Assembly (NCBI GenBank): GCA_000405225.1
Contig: ASMP01000001.1
Span: forward strand, 69,191-133,190
Length of the DNA: 64,000 bases
DNA from: Nanoarchaeota archaeon SCGC AAA011-D5
Lineage (GTDB): Archaea; Nanobdellota; Nanobdellia; Pacearchaeales; GW2011-AR1
Reading direction: 5' to 3'
In this document: one piece after another, positions 35,973 to 45,573 of the stretch
Numbering within the stretch: position 1 is the stretch's first letter
Layout of the letters: each line of letters opens with the position of its first letter
Made by a program: the position numbers and the translations under genes
Notes under the pieces: generated by a model
What the model saw: only the letters and a program-made list of their open reading frames with translations
Told to the model about the DNA's origin: nothing
The model's database searches: none

Positions 35973-38354
35973 ATGCCCATAACAAAACAAGAATTGACAG
36001 AGCTCTTTGAACAGCTTGGACAATACAAAACAAGGGCTACAGAACTTATAACTGTATATATTCCTGCCGGACAGAACATATATACGGTGGCTGACCAGCT
36101 CGAGGCAGAGAAATCTACTGCGAAAAACATAAAATCTGCAGGAACCAGGAAAAATGTCGGCAATGCTCTTGATAAGATAACCAGGCAGCTTAAGGAATAC
36201 AAAAAAACCCCTGAAAACGGTCTTGCAATTTTTTGCGGGAACATATCCAAAGTTGAAGGCCAAGAAGATTTACAACTTTGGGCTATAGAGCCTCACACGC
36301 CTCTGAAAACAAGAATGTATCGCTGTGACAAAGAATTTATTCTTGATCCTCTGAGAGAAATGCTGGAAGTGACAGAGGTTTTTGGACTTTTGGTCATGGA
36401 CAGGAGAGAGGCAACAATTGGCATGCTTGAGGGAAAAAGGATAGAGACTCTTCATAAAATGACTTCAGGTATTCCTTCAAAAATAAGGGCCGGAGGGCAA
36501 TGCTTAGCTCAGGATACATTGATTATGAAAGATAATGGGGAAATCTTAGAAATTCAGAATTCACACAACCCCTTAATGATTATTTCTGAGAATTTTAATC
36601 AAGAGAGATCAGAAATGACACCCTTAATTGCTAAATGGGAAAATAACAAAGAATTGTTTAGGGTTATAACAAAATATCCTAAATTAGAGGTTAAAGCATC
36701 TGGTGAACATACTTTCTTTGTTAGGACAACCAGAGGTATAGAGGAAAAAACTCTTTCTGAACTTAAAGAGGGAGATTATCTAATTATGCCTGAAAAGATT
36801 AATTTACATTTGGAAGACCAAAAAATTGTCTTTTCTCCAGAAATTAAACAAGCCTTTAATATGAAAAATATCCAAACTCTTAATAAAGTTATTCCTGATT
36901 TTGCTAGAATTTTGGGCTATTATCTTGGAGATGGATGTTATGAAATTGACAGATTAACTTTCTTTGAACAGAGAGGAGAAGTAGCTAGATATTATCTGGA
37001 TTTAATTGAGAAGGTTTTTGGAATTAAATCTGACTTAAGATTTAGAAAAGATAAAAATTATTGGCAATTAAGGGTTTATAGCAGATTGGTCTCTCAATTA
37101 TTTAAACAAATTTATCCTGGACAAGATAAAACCCATGCCGGAAGAATACCCCCTATCATATTAAAATCTTCTGATATTGCCCTAGCTTCTTTCATTGGGG
37201 GATTTTTTGATGCTGAAGGATATGTTGCAAAAACAAGAATTGCTGCAGGATTTAACAATGAATTGTTAGCTAGACAATTACAATTTGCTTTATTGAGGGT
37301 AGGTATCATATCTTCAATAAATATTTATGATAATAGAAGAAACCCTTATTCAGACAAATTTAGATATACTCTGGCAATTGACGATTTAGAATCTATTAAA
37401 ATCTTCCAAAAAATGATTAACTTTTGTTCTGAAGAAAAAAGGAATAAGATTCAAAACCTAATTAACAAGAGGAGCAATAGAAATAAAGTTAGGCAATTAG
37501 TTGTAAATGGGAAAGAGATTGCTAGAATAATAAGGAATTCTGGTTTAAATACGAGGCAATTTAGCTGCCCTGATTTCTTTAATAATAAGAAACAATTAAG
37601 TAAAAAGGTATTTAAAAAGAGAATCTTAGATAAAATTAGTAATAATGACCTAAAAAGAAGATTAGAAATGTTCTATAATTCCAACCTTATAATTGTCAAA
37701 ATTAATAATATTAAATCGGTTGGTATTCAGAAAACTATAGATATAGAAACTAAAAACCATAACTTTATTGCCAATGGTTTAATAGTCCACAATTCAAGCC
37801 AGAGATTTCACAGAATAACAGAAGGCCTGACAAAAGAATTCTATAAGAGAATTGCAGAAGACATGAAAAAAATTTTCCTTGGAATGCCAAAACTTAAAGG
37901 AATACTGATAGGGGGCCCGATACCGACTAAAGACGAGTTTTTAAAAGGGGAATATCTGACAAATCAGCTTCAGCAGAAAGTAATGGGAAAGATAGACATA
38001 GGAGATGCCTCTGAGTCTGGTCTGGGAGAACTGGTGGAAAAAGCGAAGAATCTTTTGGCAGACCAAGAGAGGCTTCAGGAAAAAAAAGACGTTGAACTTT
38101 TCTTCAGGGTTTTAGGGGAAGACCCTGGAAAAGCAGCACTCGGTGAAAAAGAAAGCAGAAAGGCCTTGGAAATGGGAGCTGTTGCTACTTTATATGTAAG
38201 TTCCAAGATTCCCAAGAGTCTTATAAAAGAACTTTCAAAAATGACCGAAAACACAGGTTCAGAAATAAAGACCATTTCTACAGATACACCGGAAGGCGAG
38301 CAGTTTTTTAATATGGGCGGAGTAGGAGCAATTTTAAGATTCAGGATTGGGTAA
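35973..38354 (+). CDS. prf1: peptide chain release factor aRF1 interrupted by an intein
   Basis: NIKS motif (TAKNIKSAG) and GGQ loop (IRAGGQ) followed directly by Cys. Extein resumes SSQRFHRITEG. C-terminal domain matches eRF1. Confidence 0.85.
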   Translation: MPITKQELTELFEQLGQYKTRATELITVYIPAGQNIYTVADQLEAEKSTAKNIKSAGTRKNVGNALDKITRQLKEYKKTPENGLAIFCGNISKVEGQEDLQLWAIEPHTPLKTRMYRCDKEFILDPLREMLEVTEVFGLLVMDRREATIGMLEGKRIETLHKMTSGIPSKIRAGGQCLAQDTLIMKDNGEILEIQNSHNPLMIISENFNQERSEMTPLIAKWENNKELFRVITKYPKLEVKASGEHTFFVRTTRGIEEKTLSELKEGDYLIMPEKINLHLEDQKIVFSPEIKQAFNMKNIQTLNKVIPDFARILGYYLGDGCYEIDRLTFFEQRGEVARYYLDLIEKVFGIKSDLRFRKDKNYWQLRVYSRLVSQLFKQIYPGQDKTHAGRIPPIILKSSDIALASFIGGFFDAEGYVAKTRIAAGFNNELLARQLQFALLRVGIISSINIYDNRRNPYSDKFRYTLAIDDLESIKIFQKMINFCSEEKRNKIQNLINKRSNRNKVRQLVVNGKEIARIIRNSGLNTRQFSCPDFFNNKKQLSKKVFKKRILDKISNNDLKRRLEMFYNSNLIIVKINNIKSVGIQKTIDIETKNHNFIANGLIVHNSSQRFHRITEGLTKEFYKRIAEDMKKIFLGMPKLKGILIGGPIPTKDEFLKGEYLTNQLQQKVMGKIDIGDASESGLGELVEKAKNLLADQERLQEKKDVELFFRVLGEDPGKAALGEKESRKALEMGAVATLYVSSKIPKSLIKELSKMTENTGSEIKTISTDTPEGEQFFNMGGVGAILRFRIG
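36501..37793 (+). mobile_element. intein with LAGLIDADG homing endonuclease, inserted after GGQ of aRF1
   Basis: Starts with Cys (CLAQDTLI), ends ...GLIVHN followed by Ser. Two LAGLIDADG-type motifs ILGYYLGDGCYE and FIGGFFDAEGYV. About 431 aa. Confidence 0.75.
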
Positions 38355-38360
38355 ATCAAT

Positions 38361-38428
38361 AATTTGTTACCTCTTTCAAAGAACAATAAAATAGAAAAAT
38401 TTATAAAGTTCATTTTTCTGGGAAAATT
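38361..38428 (+). promoter_or_regulatory. conserved promoter module, copy 3 (upstream of DGR target 2)
   Basis: TTTGTTACCTCTTTCAAAGAACAATAAAATAGAAAAATTTATAAAG... homologous to copies 1 and 2. Confidence 0.5.
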
Positions 38429-39199
38429 ATGGAAACAAAGGCAAAACGTCCAGTATTCAATGGAAAGCCGTTAATTGCAATTCCAGCAGTTATTCCACAG
38501 GCAGGTTTTCTTGAAGGAGACTTTGGAAAAGCTTTCTTAGAAGAATATCAAGGAAGAGTTAAATCTGATTATAAAGGAAATTTTGTTTTAGATGTTCTCA
38601 AATATGGAAATGATGTTGTAAAAGGCTCAAATCCTTTTGCAGTTGTTCTTGCAAACCAGATTCTCAGGCAGGAAGGATTAAGAACAGCAACACAAGCTGA
38701 CCTTGAAAAAGCACTTAGAATTGGTTGGAATTTAAGAGGAACATATGAAGATACTGGTCTGGTTTTAAGAACAAAAGAAGACAAAGACAATCCAAAAAAT
38801 ACTCCTTTAGCGAAAGATATTAGCTCTCAACTTATGGCAAGGGGAATAAAATTCAGTCCTAAGAATCCAGTAATGGTTCCTTTAACAGGACTGGAACTTG
38901 CGAATGCAGATAATGATTACAGATTAACATTCATATTAAGGGAAGACGCAGAAGCTTATGAAGCACCTATTTTAACAAAAGAAGGAAAATTCAATTCAGA
39001 AGATATTGATGAAAAAACAGGATTACCAAGACAAGTTAAAGGCGGAGACAGATGCATTTATGCTAGAAACTCTGGGCTTTCCGGGTTGTGCTTGGGCGGC
39101 GGCCTGGTCCTGAGCTCGAGCGACGGGGGCTTGGGCGGCTCCTATGAGGATGGCAGGGTGGTCGTTGTAAGTGCTGAAGGCACCTCACAAAATTCTTGA
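38429..39199 (+). CDS. DGR variable (target) protein 2, remote paralog carrying VR2
   Basis: 256 aa, roughly 70% identical to 21005-21886 over the N-terminal 210 aa. C-terminus diverges only where the TR has adenines. Confidence 0.7.
   Translation: METKAKRPVFNGKPLIAIPAVIPQAGFLEGDFGKAFLEEYQGRVKSDYKGNFVLDVLKYGNDVVKGSNPFAVVLANQILRQEGLRTATQADLEKALRIGWNLRGTYEDTGLVLRTKEDKDNPKNTPLAKDISSQLMARGIKFSPKNPVMVPLTGLELANADNDYRLTFILREDAEAYEAPILTKEGKFNSEDIDEKTGLPRQVKGGDRCIYARNSGLSGLCLGGGLVLSSSDGGLGGSYEDGRVVVVSAEGTSQNS
39076..39161 (+). repeat. DGR variable repeat VR2 (remote)
   Basis: Aligns to TR 22081-22166. About 22 mismatches, all at TR adenines. Substitutions differ from VR1 (for example AAC to GTC/AGC/GAC). 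Confidence 0.7.
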
Positions 39200-39245
39200 A
39201 TCTGATTGCTAAAAACTTTTAAAACTTCTTTGGCTTTTACCTTAT

Positions 39246-39881
39246 ATGCAAAAAAACAGAGGAGACCTAATATTCTGGCTGTTCGGCTCTTATCTAATCC
39301 TTATAGGAATGCTTGCCTTTGTCAATGCTTTCTTGCATCTGGAAGATGCTATTCCATTATGGTTTTCTTATATCGCTGTTTTTCTTATCGGAATTGGAGT
39401 CATCACAAAAAATTCTGATATGATTGCAATCCAAGCAAACATTATCGCCATACCATATATTTTCTGGAATATTGATTTTTTTTATCAACTGGCAACCAGC
39501 AGACCTTTATGGGGAATCACCGACTATTTTTTTATCAAAGAGGGGATGAATTCGCTGGGCAATTTCGTAACTCTGGAGCATATTTACATTGTTCCTGTCG
39601 CGATAGGGTTTATTTATCTTCTCGGAGCCCATAGAAAAGATTTATGGAAAATAAGCTTACTCGAAATAGCTATCATCTTTTTCATGACTTTTTTCCTTTC
39701 TTCTAGTGAAATGAATGCCAACTGCGTCTTTAGTTCCTGCATAAGCTTCATTTCTTTAGAAAGCCCTGGTTACCAATTCTTATGGTTTTTTACTGTTTTT
39801 ATCATAATCTTCTTGACAAATCATCTTCTTGTTTATCTTATGAAAAAGGCTCACAGATTTGATATGAAGCCCGATGAATAA
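39246..39881 (+). CDS. membrane protein, hypothetical
   Basis: Multiple TM helices. Confidence 0.45.
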   Translation: MQKNRGDLIFWLFGSYLILIGMLAFVNAFLHLEDAIPLWFSYIAVFLIGIGVITKNSDMIAIQANIIAIPYIFWNIDFFYQLATSRPLWGITDYFFIKEGMNSLGNFVTLEHIYIVPVAIGFIYLLGAHRKDLWKISLLEIAIIFFMTFFLSSSEMNANCVFSSCISFISLESPGYQFLWFFTVFIIIFLTNHLLVYLMKKAHRFDMKPDE

Positions 39882-39911
39882 ATTTAAAACTTCCCGCGAT
39901 TTCTTTTAATC

Positions 39912-40463
39912 ATGACTGAAAAACCAGAGATTTCCAGTAAAACCCAGGAAGAGATTGATGAAGGAAAAGAAAAAGAAGACATGAGGATGATAGAGTCAAT
40001 CCTTTTTGTATCTGGAAAATTCCTTGATATGAAAGCCTTAATTGCACTTTCCGATATGAACCCGATAATTATAAGAGAATTGCTGGAAAAACTCAGAGAG
40101 TCCTATGAGGAAAGAGAGTCTGCGCTTAGAATTATTGAAAAAAACGAGATGTGGAAAATGGATGTTCGCCCCGAATTCAGCCATTTAACGACAAAGATTG
40201 CAGGAGGATCTTCCGAATTTACAAAAGCAGAGCAGGAAACACTGGCAATGATCGCGTTTAAACAGCCGATAAAACAATCTGTGATAGTAAAGATAAGAGG
40301 GAACAAAGCCTACGACCACATAAAAAAATTTGTGGAGTTGGAACTCATTAAGAAAAAGAAGCAGGGGCATACCCATGAACTGAGCTTAAGCCAGGAATTT
40401 TATGATTATTTCGGCGTTTCAGAGCCAAAAGCGCCAGAAAAAACAGAAGCAGAGTTGGATTAA
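39912..40463 (+). CDS. scpB: segregation and condensation protein B homolog
   Basis: Tandem winged-helix pattern ESILFVSGKFLDMKAL...LAMIAFKQPIKQS typical of ScpB. Confidence 0.6.
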   Translation: MTEKPEISSKTQEEIDEGKEKEDMRMIESILFVSGKFLDMKALIALSDMNPIIIRELLEKLRESYEERESALRIIEKNEMWKMDVRPEFSHLTTKIAGGSSEFTKAEQETLAMIAFKQPIKQSVIVKIRGNKAYDHIKKFVELELIKKKKQGHTHELSLSQEFYDYFGVSEPKAPEKTEAELD

Positions 40464-40470
40464 CTAAAAT

Positions 40471-41712
40471 ATGGAAATCATAACAGTTATCATTTACCTA
40501 TCTATATATCTGGGACTTTTTGCAACTACTTTCTACATTCTTAGCTTTGTTTCTTATTCAAAGAAGAAAAGGGAGTTTTATACAGACAAAGAACTTCCCT
40601 TTGTTTCTGTTATAATCCCTGCTTATAATGAGGAAGAGACAATAGCAAAAACGCTGAAGTCTGTTTTAAAATCAGATTATCCTGATTTTGAAGTTATAAT
40701 TATAGATGACGGGAGTTCAGACAACACTTTGAAAATAGCCAGGAAATTTGAAAACGAAAAAGTAAGAGTTTTTCACAAGGAAAACGGAGGAAAAGGTTCT
40801 GCGCTCAATTTCGGACTGAAACTGGTAAGAGGGAAGATAGTATTCACAATGGATGCTGATACAACTGTCGCTAAAGAAAGTATGAAAAATATGGTGCGAT
40901 TTTTCAAAGACGACGAAATAATGTGTGTAAGCCCTGCCATTATAATAGACAAACCAAGAAATATACTGCAGAGAGTACAGTATATGGAATACCTTCTTAG
41001 CCTGTTTTTGAGAAAGGCATTCGCTTCTTTAAAATCAATATACATCACTCCTGGAGCTTTTTCTGCATACAGAAAATCCTTTTTTGATAAATTCGGTTTG
41101 TATGATGTTGGAAATCCCACAGAAGACCTGGAAATGGCCTTAAGAATTCAGTATAATGGATATTACACTGAGAATTGTCCAGAGGCTCCTGTATACACAA
41201 TTGCTCCCTCAACTTTTAAGGAGCTGATGATACAAAGAAGAAGATGGTATTTCGGACTTCTTAAAAATCTGTGGACCTACAGAAAAATTGTCGGAAAAAA
41301 ATACGGAGATCTCGGAAGTTTTGTCATACCAACAGCATTGGTGAGCATAATCCTTTCTGTAATGGTTGTCGTGTATATGTTCTTCAAAACGATTTTTGAG
41401 GTTAAAGACAACTTGATTTTTTATCAAAGTGTTAATTTTGATTTTTCAAGCATATTCAATATCAATTTGTATTTTATAGAAAGAGTCTTGTTCCTTTTTT
41501 TCAGCAAGCCAGTTGTGCTTTTCATAATTCTGTTCATGACTGTACTTGGATTTTACATGCGTTATGCCTCAAGAAAGATAGGAAGGCTGTCTGGATTACT
41601 TGTAAATCTAATTTTGTTTTATATGTTTTTTGCAATTCTTTTTGGATTATGGTGGGTAATAACAATATTTTATACAATATTTTCAAAGACAGTAAAATGG
41701 AGAGAACTATAA
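40471..41712 (+). CDS. family-2 glycosyltransferase, processive type (membrane)
   Basis: VIIPAYNEE, DDGSSD, MDADT and QRRRW motifs. N- and C-terminal TM helices. Confidence 0.75.
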   Translation: MEIITVIIYLSIYLGLFATTFYILSFVSYSKKKREFYTDKELPFVSVIIPAYNEEETIAKTLKSVLKSDYPDFEVIIIDDGSSDNTLKIARKFENEKVRVFHKENGGKGSALNFGLKLVRGKIVFTMDADTTVAKESMKNMVRFFKDDEIMCVSPAIIIDKPRNILQRVQYMEYLLSLFLRKAFASLKSIYITPGAFSAYRKSFFDKFGLYDVGNPTEDLEMALRIQYNGYYTENCPEAPVYTIAPSTFKELMIQRRRWYFGLLKNLWTYRKIVGKKYGDLGSFVIPTALVSIILSVMVVVYMFFKTIFEVKDNLIFYQSVNFDFSSIFNINLYFIERVLFLFFSKPVVLFIILFMTVLGFYMRYASRKIGRLSGLLVNLILFYMFFAILFGLWWVITIFYTIFSKTVKWREL

Positions 41713-41756
41713 AAGTAGAAACTTATATAAGTTTAAGATAGGTTTTTCATCATAAT

Positions 41757-42410
41757 ATGGAAAAAAGAAAATTTGAAAGCAAAAACCGGTATGTTATATC
41801 TTTGCTAATAGCAACATTTGTTTTTTTTCTAATCTTTGCTGTCAGCTATTCTATATCTTATTTTGAACTGCAAAGGGTTTCCAATCTCCAGGTTGATGTT
41901 AGTTACGATATCTTTGAGGATAAGCTTGATTATTCTCTATTTAATGCGTCAATATGTGATGAACAATATTTTGGTAAGATATCCCAGGACTTGGGTTTCC
42001 AGGGAAGAATTATAGATGACCTTGAAAGGAAACTTGGAAAGCAAAATGAGGATGTTTTACTCAGGAAAAAGTTCTATTCGCTAATAGAAATTGAACATCT
42101 TGAATTTGTGAAGGAATTTAACAATAACTGCTCTAAAAGCAAGGAAAAGATAAATACAATTCTTTTCTTTTACTCTAACAATGAATCATACATCAAAGAA
42201 AGCGAAGAAGCCGGAAGAATACTTGGAGTAGTGGCTGAAAGAAACCAGAACCTTATTATTTACTCTTTTGATATAGATCTTGAAAGCGATTTGGTGAACA
42301 AACTGGAGAAAAAGTACAATGTAACATCCTCTTCGACAGCGGTGATTAATGAGAAAACCAGCATAAAGCTTCCTGCAAATATCCAGGAGATAGAAAAACA
42401 CCTGCAGTAA
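41757..42410 (+). CDS. hypothetical membrane-anchored protein
   Basis: N-terminal TM helix, 217 aa. Confidence 0.4.
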   Translation: MEKRKFESKNRYVISLLIATFVFFLIFAVSYSISYFELQRVSNLQVDVSYDIFEDKLDYSLFNASICDEQYFGKISQDLGFQGRIIDDLERKLGKQNEDVLLRKKFYSLIEIEHLEFVKEFNNNCSKSKEKINTILFFYSNNESYIKESEEAGRILGVVAERNQNLIIYSFDIDLESDLVNKLEKKYNVTSSSTAVINEKTSIKLPANIQEIEKHLQ

Positions 42411-42462
42411 TTATATATTTTTATACAGAAATATTAAAAAACAACTCATAGTTTGATTTCTA

Positions 42463-43278
42463 ATGGAAATATTTTGTTCTGTCTGTGGGATATCCGGCAA
42501 GATGAGGGGCGTATTTGAGGTTATTTCTCCTAAGGGTGTTATTTTTGCATGCGAGAAATGTGTATCTGAAGAAGGGTTTCCGGTGCTTAAAAAACCAGAT
42601 AAAAAGGTTTTTGAAGGGTCTGAAAGAAAAAGCAGCGTTTACGAAAGGCTTTCGAGACTTTCAGGGATAAGACATGCAGAGCAACAGGAAAGGCCTGAGC
42701 TGAAAAAACAGGAAGAAAGCCTGAGAAAAATAATTGACAGGAAATATGAAGAAAAAATGAGAATGCAGGATTTCAGATTGAAATCGAGGCCAGATTTAAT
42801 AGATAAATTTCACTGGATAATCATGAGGGTGCGAAGAGTTCGCGGATTAACACAAAAACAGCTGGCTGAAATGATTGGAGAATCAGAAGCGGCAATAAAA
42901 ATGGCAGAACAGGGTCTAGTTCCTGAAGGCTACGAACTCATGGATAAGATTGAAGGATTTCTTAACGTAAGGCTTATCAAGGAAAGAACTTCGTCCATGC
43001 TTGGCCAAAGTAAGGAAAGAAATATTTACCCAATTTCTTCTCCTGAAAAAAGGGAAACTCGCCCAAGCGTGGTCGAGTTAGAGGGAGAAAAACAAAGACC
43101 ACAAACATATCCGCAGAAAACCCTGAGCCTTGACAGAAAAAGCATTGGTTCTTTAACAATAGCTGATTTGCATAGAATGAAAAAAGAGAGAGGGGCGGAA
43201 ATGTGGAAAGCTGAACTTGAAGACGGGGAAAAAGAGGAAGTGATAGGGGAAGAGCCTCTAAGCAAAGAGGAAGATTAG
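42463..43278 (+). CDS. zinc-ribbon plus XRE-type HTH protein (aMBF1-like)
   Basis: N-terminal C4 ribbon CSVCG...CEKC. HTH RGLTQKQLAEMIGESEAAIKMAEQG. Long acidic C-terminal tail. Confidence 0.5.
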   Translation: MEIFCSVCGISGKMRGVFEVISPKGVIFACEKCVSEEGFPVLKKPDKKVFEGSERKSSVYERLSRLSGIRHAEQQERPELKKQEESLRKIIDRKYEEKMRMQDFRLKSRPDLIDKFHWIIMRVRRVRGLTQKQLAEMIGESEAAIKMAEQGLVPEGYELMDKIEGFLNVRLIKERTSSMLGQSKERNIYPISSPEKRETRPSVVELEGEKQRPQTYPQKTLSLDRKSIGSLTIADLHRMKKERGAEMWKAELEDGEKEEVIGEEPLSKEED

Positions 43279-43366
43279 GATGAAAAAATCCTATATGCTT
43301 ATCTTTTTTGACTCCTTAAACAAAGAAAACCAAAGCCTTTTTAAACTGAAATCCTGATTTCTTATC

Positions 43367-43645
43367 ATGGAAGGTGCCAAACTTGAACTCGAGATTCTTA
43401 AAAGTTCAAAAGAAGAAATTGAAGTCAGGATTGGAAGTATGACTCTTGTTGAAATTCTAAGGGTTTACTTAAACAAAGACCCCGCAGTAAACTTTGCTGC
43501 CTGGAAGAGAGAACACCCGTCAGAAAAACCAATTCTAAAGGTAACAACAAAAGGAAAAACTGCTAAAAAAGCGATAAGCGATGCTATAACTTCTATGGTG
43601 AAAGACCTCGATAAGATTGAGGCTGATTTCAAGAAGATGAAGTAG
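43367..43645 (+). CDS. rpoL: DNA-directed RNA polymerase subunit L (Rpb11 homolog)
   Basis: 92 aa. TLVEILRVYLNKDPAVNFAAWKREHPSEKPILKVTTKG matches the RpoL pattern. Confidence 0.75.
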   Translation: MEGAKLELEILKSSKEEIEVRIGSMTLVEILRVYLNKDPAVNFAAWKREHPSEKPILKVTTKGKTAKKAISDAITSMVKDLDKIEADFKKMK

Positions 43646-43646
43646 G

Positions 43647-44501
43647 TTAAAGGATATTTCTTAGTTCTTCTAATCTCTTATTTGCATCTATTGATGTGGA
43701 AAACATCTTCCAAAAAATTCTTGAGAGCCATTCCACCCATTCTTTATCTTTTATGGTATAGGATATGAACACCTTTTTATCAAGCTCATGAATCTTACCT
43801 GTCGGCTCTTTTATCTCTTTCATATGGAATAGTTTTTTATCGAAAATACTAGCCCTTAATGGATGCTCTCTGTGTCTTATTTCTATGTTTTCTTTCCCAT
43901 ATTTGAAATTCAAAGACAGCATCTTTTCTATGTTCTCTTTTCCCGCAATATCGACCCTACAAAGGACCTTTATGCTCACTCCTTTCTTAACCAAACTATC
44001 TATTATCTTGAACATATCAATACTTTTATTTTTGAAATTGATAAAAGACAGATTGCCGGAAAAAATCAGTATCTGCTTCTCAGTTCTATTAAATAGTTCA
44101 CTTAAGTTTTGAATAGCAACTTCTTCTTCATTTTGTGAATATTTTAATCTGGAATTTTTATTGCCTTCCTTTATATGCTGGAAGATATCAAATGCCGAAA
44201 AATCTTCTTTTTTGTGTGCTTTCATTATATCTTCTTCAAGCTGTTCTTGGAATACGGAGCTGCTTATTTTGTCCATAGAAGACCAATAAACTATTTTTAA
44301 TGCTCCTCGAGTGCCTTCCCTAAATGTTCTTGTGGAAATTGTACCAAAATTTTTCCCAATTTCCTGAACATACCTGTCTGCTGTTCTCCAATTTTTTTCA
44401 AGATATTTTGCTATTTCTTGTATACTTCTCGGTTTTTTGTAAACAAAATCTTCTATTTTTTTGGTTATATCGCTATTAAGCATAAACTTCAATGTTTTCA
44501 A
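43647..44501 (-). CDS. hypothetical protein with N-terminal winged HTH
   Basis: SIQEIAKYLEKNWRTADRYVQEI HTH-like segment. Rest unassigned. Confidence 0.4.
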   Translation of the reverse strand: MKTLKFMLNSDITKKIEDFVYKKPRSIQEIAKYLEKNWRTADRYVQEIGKNFGTISTRTFREGTRGALKIVYWSSMDKISSSVFQEQLEEDIMKAHKKEDFSAFDIFQHIKEGNKNSRLKYSQNEEEVAIQNLSELFNRTEKQILIFSGNLSFINFKNKSIDMFKIIDSLVKKGVSIKVLCRVDIAGKENIEKMLSLNFKYGKENIEIRHREHPLRASIFDKKLFHMKEIKEPTGKIHELDKKVFISYTIKDKEWVEWLSRIFWKMFSTSIDANKRLEELRNIL

Positions 44502-44627
44502 AATATTTAAACTCTTTTATCAAGTACAACACTATTGACATTTTTTGTACAGTAAATTGTATATTCTCTACAACTCCTATGATAAATATGGAAAAGATTT
44601 TCTTTTCCCAAATATTATTGAAAGGAG

Positions 44628-45494
44628 GTGATAAAAATGGACTTATTAGGAGGTTTAGTTGAGAGAGTTGGTTTAACTGGAAACGAGTCTCTAGCTGAGA
44701 TAATAAACTCCGGCATAATTGGAATAGCACCCTTTCCTTTAAATGGCCAAATGTATATACAGGAAGTTCACGATTGTTTTATCCAAAGAGCGGAAAAACA
44801 ACAACAGCAAATAAAGTCGACTCTTGATGCTCTCACCAGAGAAATTCCCTTACCATCTCAGGAAGAAGACTTTGATTCAACAAGAAATGAATTAGTTGCT
44901 GAATATCTTTCTTGCGGGATTGAAGCTTATTTTGACAGGATTTCTTCTGATTTATTTGATATCAAAAGAAAGATAGAGGCGGAAGTTAAAGACAGGTATG
45001 ATAGCAATAAAAAAAATTTAGTAGAGATCCCCCTTTTTGCAAATGCGCGACTTAATCAAGAAGAATGGAATTGCTCGATAGTTTCCAATGATGGAACATA
45101 TACTCATAAAATAGACATAAAATCCTTTGTTCCCCCAATAACAAAAGAGGCCAAAGAAAAAGTTAAGGCATTTCAGGCAATTTATATGGAAGCTATTTCT
45201 AAATCATTGAGGGAGCCATTAATTGGCGATATAGTGATGAGGGATTTACAATCCAAAGTCGCCGAAGCGGATTTGTCTGTATTCTGGATTCCAAAGCCGT
45301 TTGATCTAAGAATAAAAGTTGAAACTATTGACAACGATCCTTTTATCGCAGCTTCAGTATATAACAGAAAATATCTTGTTTCTAAATGGAATGTTGATGG
45401 TGAACTGCCTTATGAGCACTATCTAAAGGAATTCGGAGTTTCTGGAATTCGTAATGCAACTCCCATTAAAATACCGAATAGCTTTAAGAATTGA
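44628..45494 (+). CDS. hypothetical protein
   Basis: 288-aa ORF. Confidence 0.4.
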   Translation: MIKMDLLGGLVERVGLTGNESLAEIINSGIIGIAPFPLNGQMYIQEVHDCFIQRAEKQQQQIKSTLDALTREIPLPSQEEDFDSTRNELVAEYLSCGIEAYFDRISSDLFDIKRKIEAEVKDRYDSNKKNLVEIPLFANARLNQEEWNCSIVSNDGTYTHKIDIKSFVPPITKEAKEKVKAFQAIYMEAISKSLREPLIGDIVMRDLQSKVAEADLSVFWIPKPFDLRIKVETIDNDPFIAASVYNRKYLVSKWNVDGELPYEHYLKEFGVSGIRNATPIKIPNSFKN

Positions 45495-45573
45495 CACAAA
45501 AAACTTTATTTTTTATTTTTTCTCTATTTTTTACAACAATAATTCTTATTAATCTCCCCTTCTTTTACCAAAT

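Noticed and set aside
39206-39418. 70-aa ORF at 39206-39418
   Set aside because: Out of frame and overlapping the better-supported multi-TM membrane protein ORF 39246-39881.
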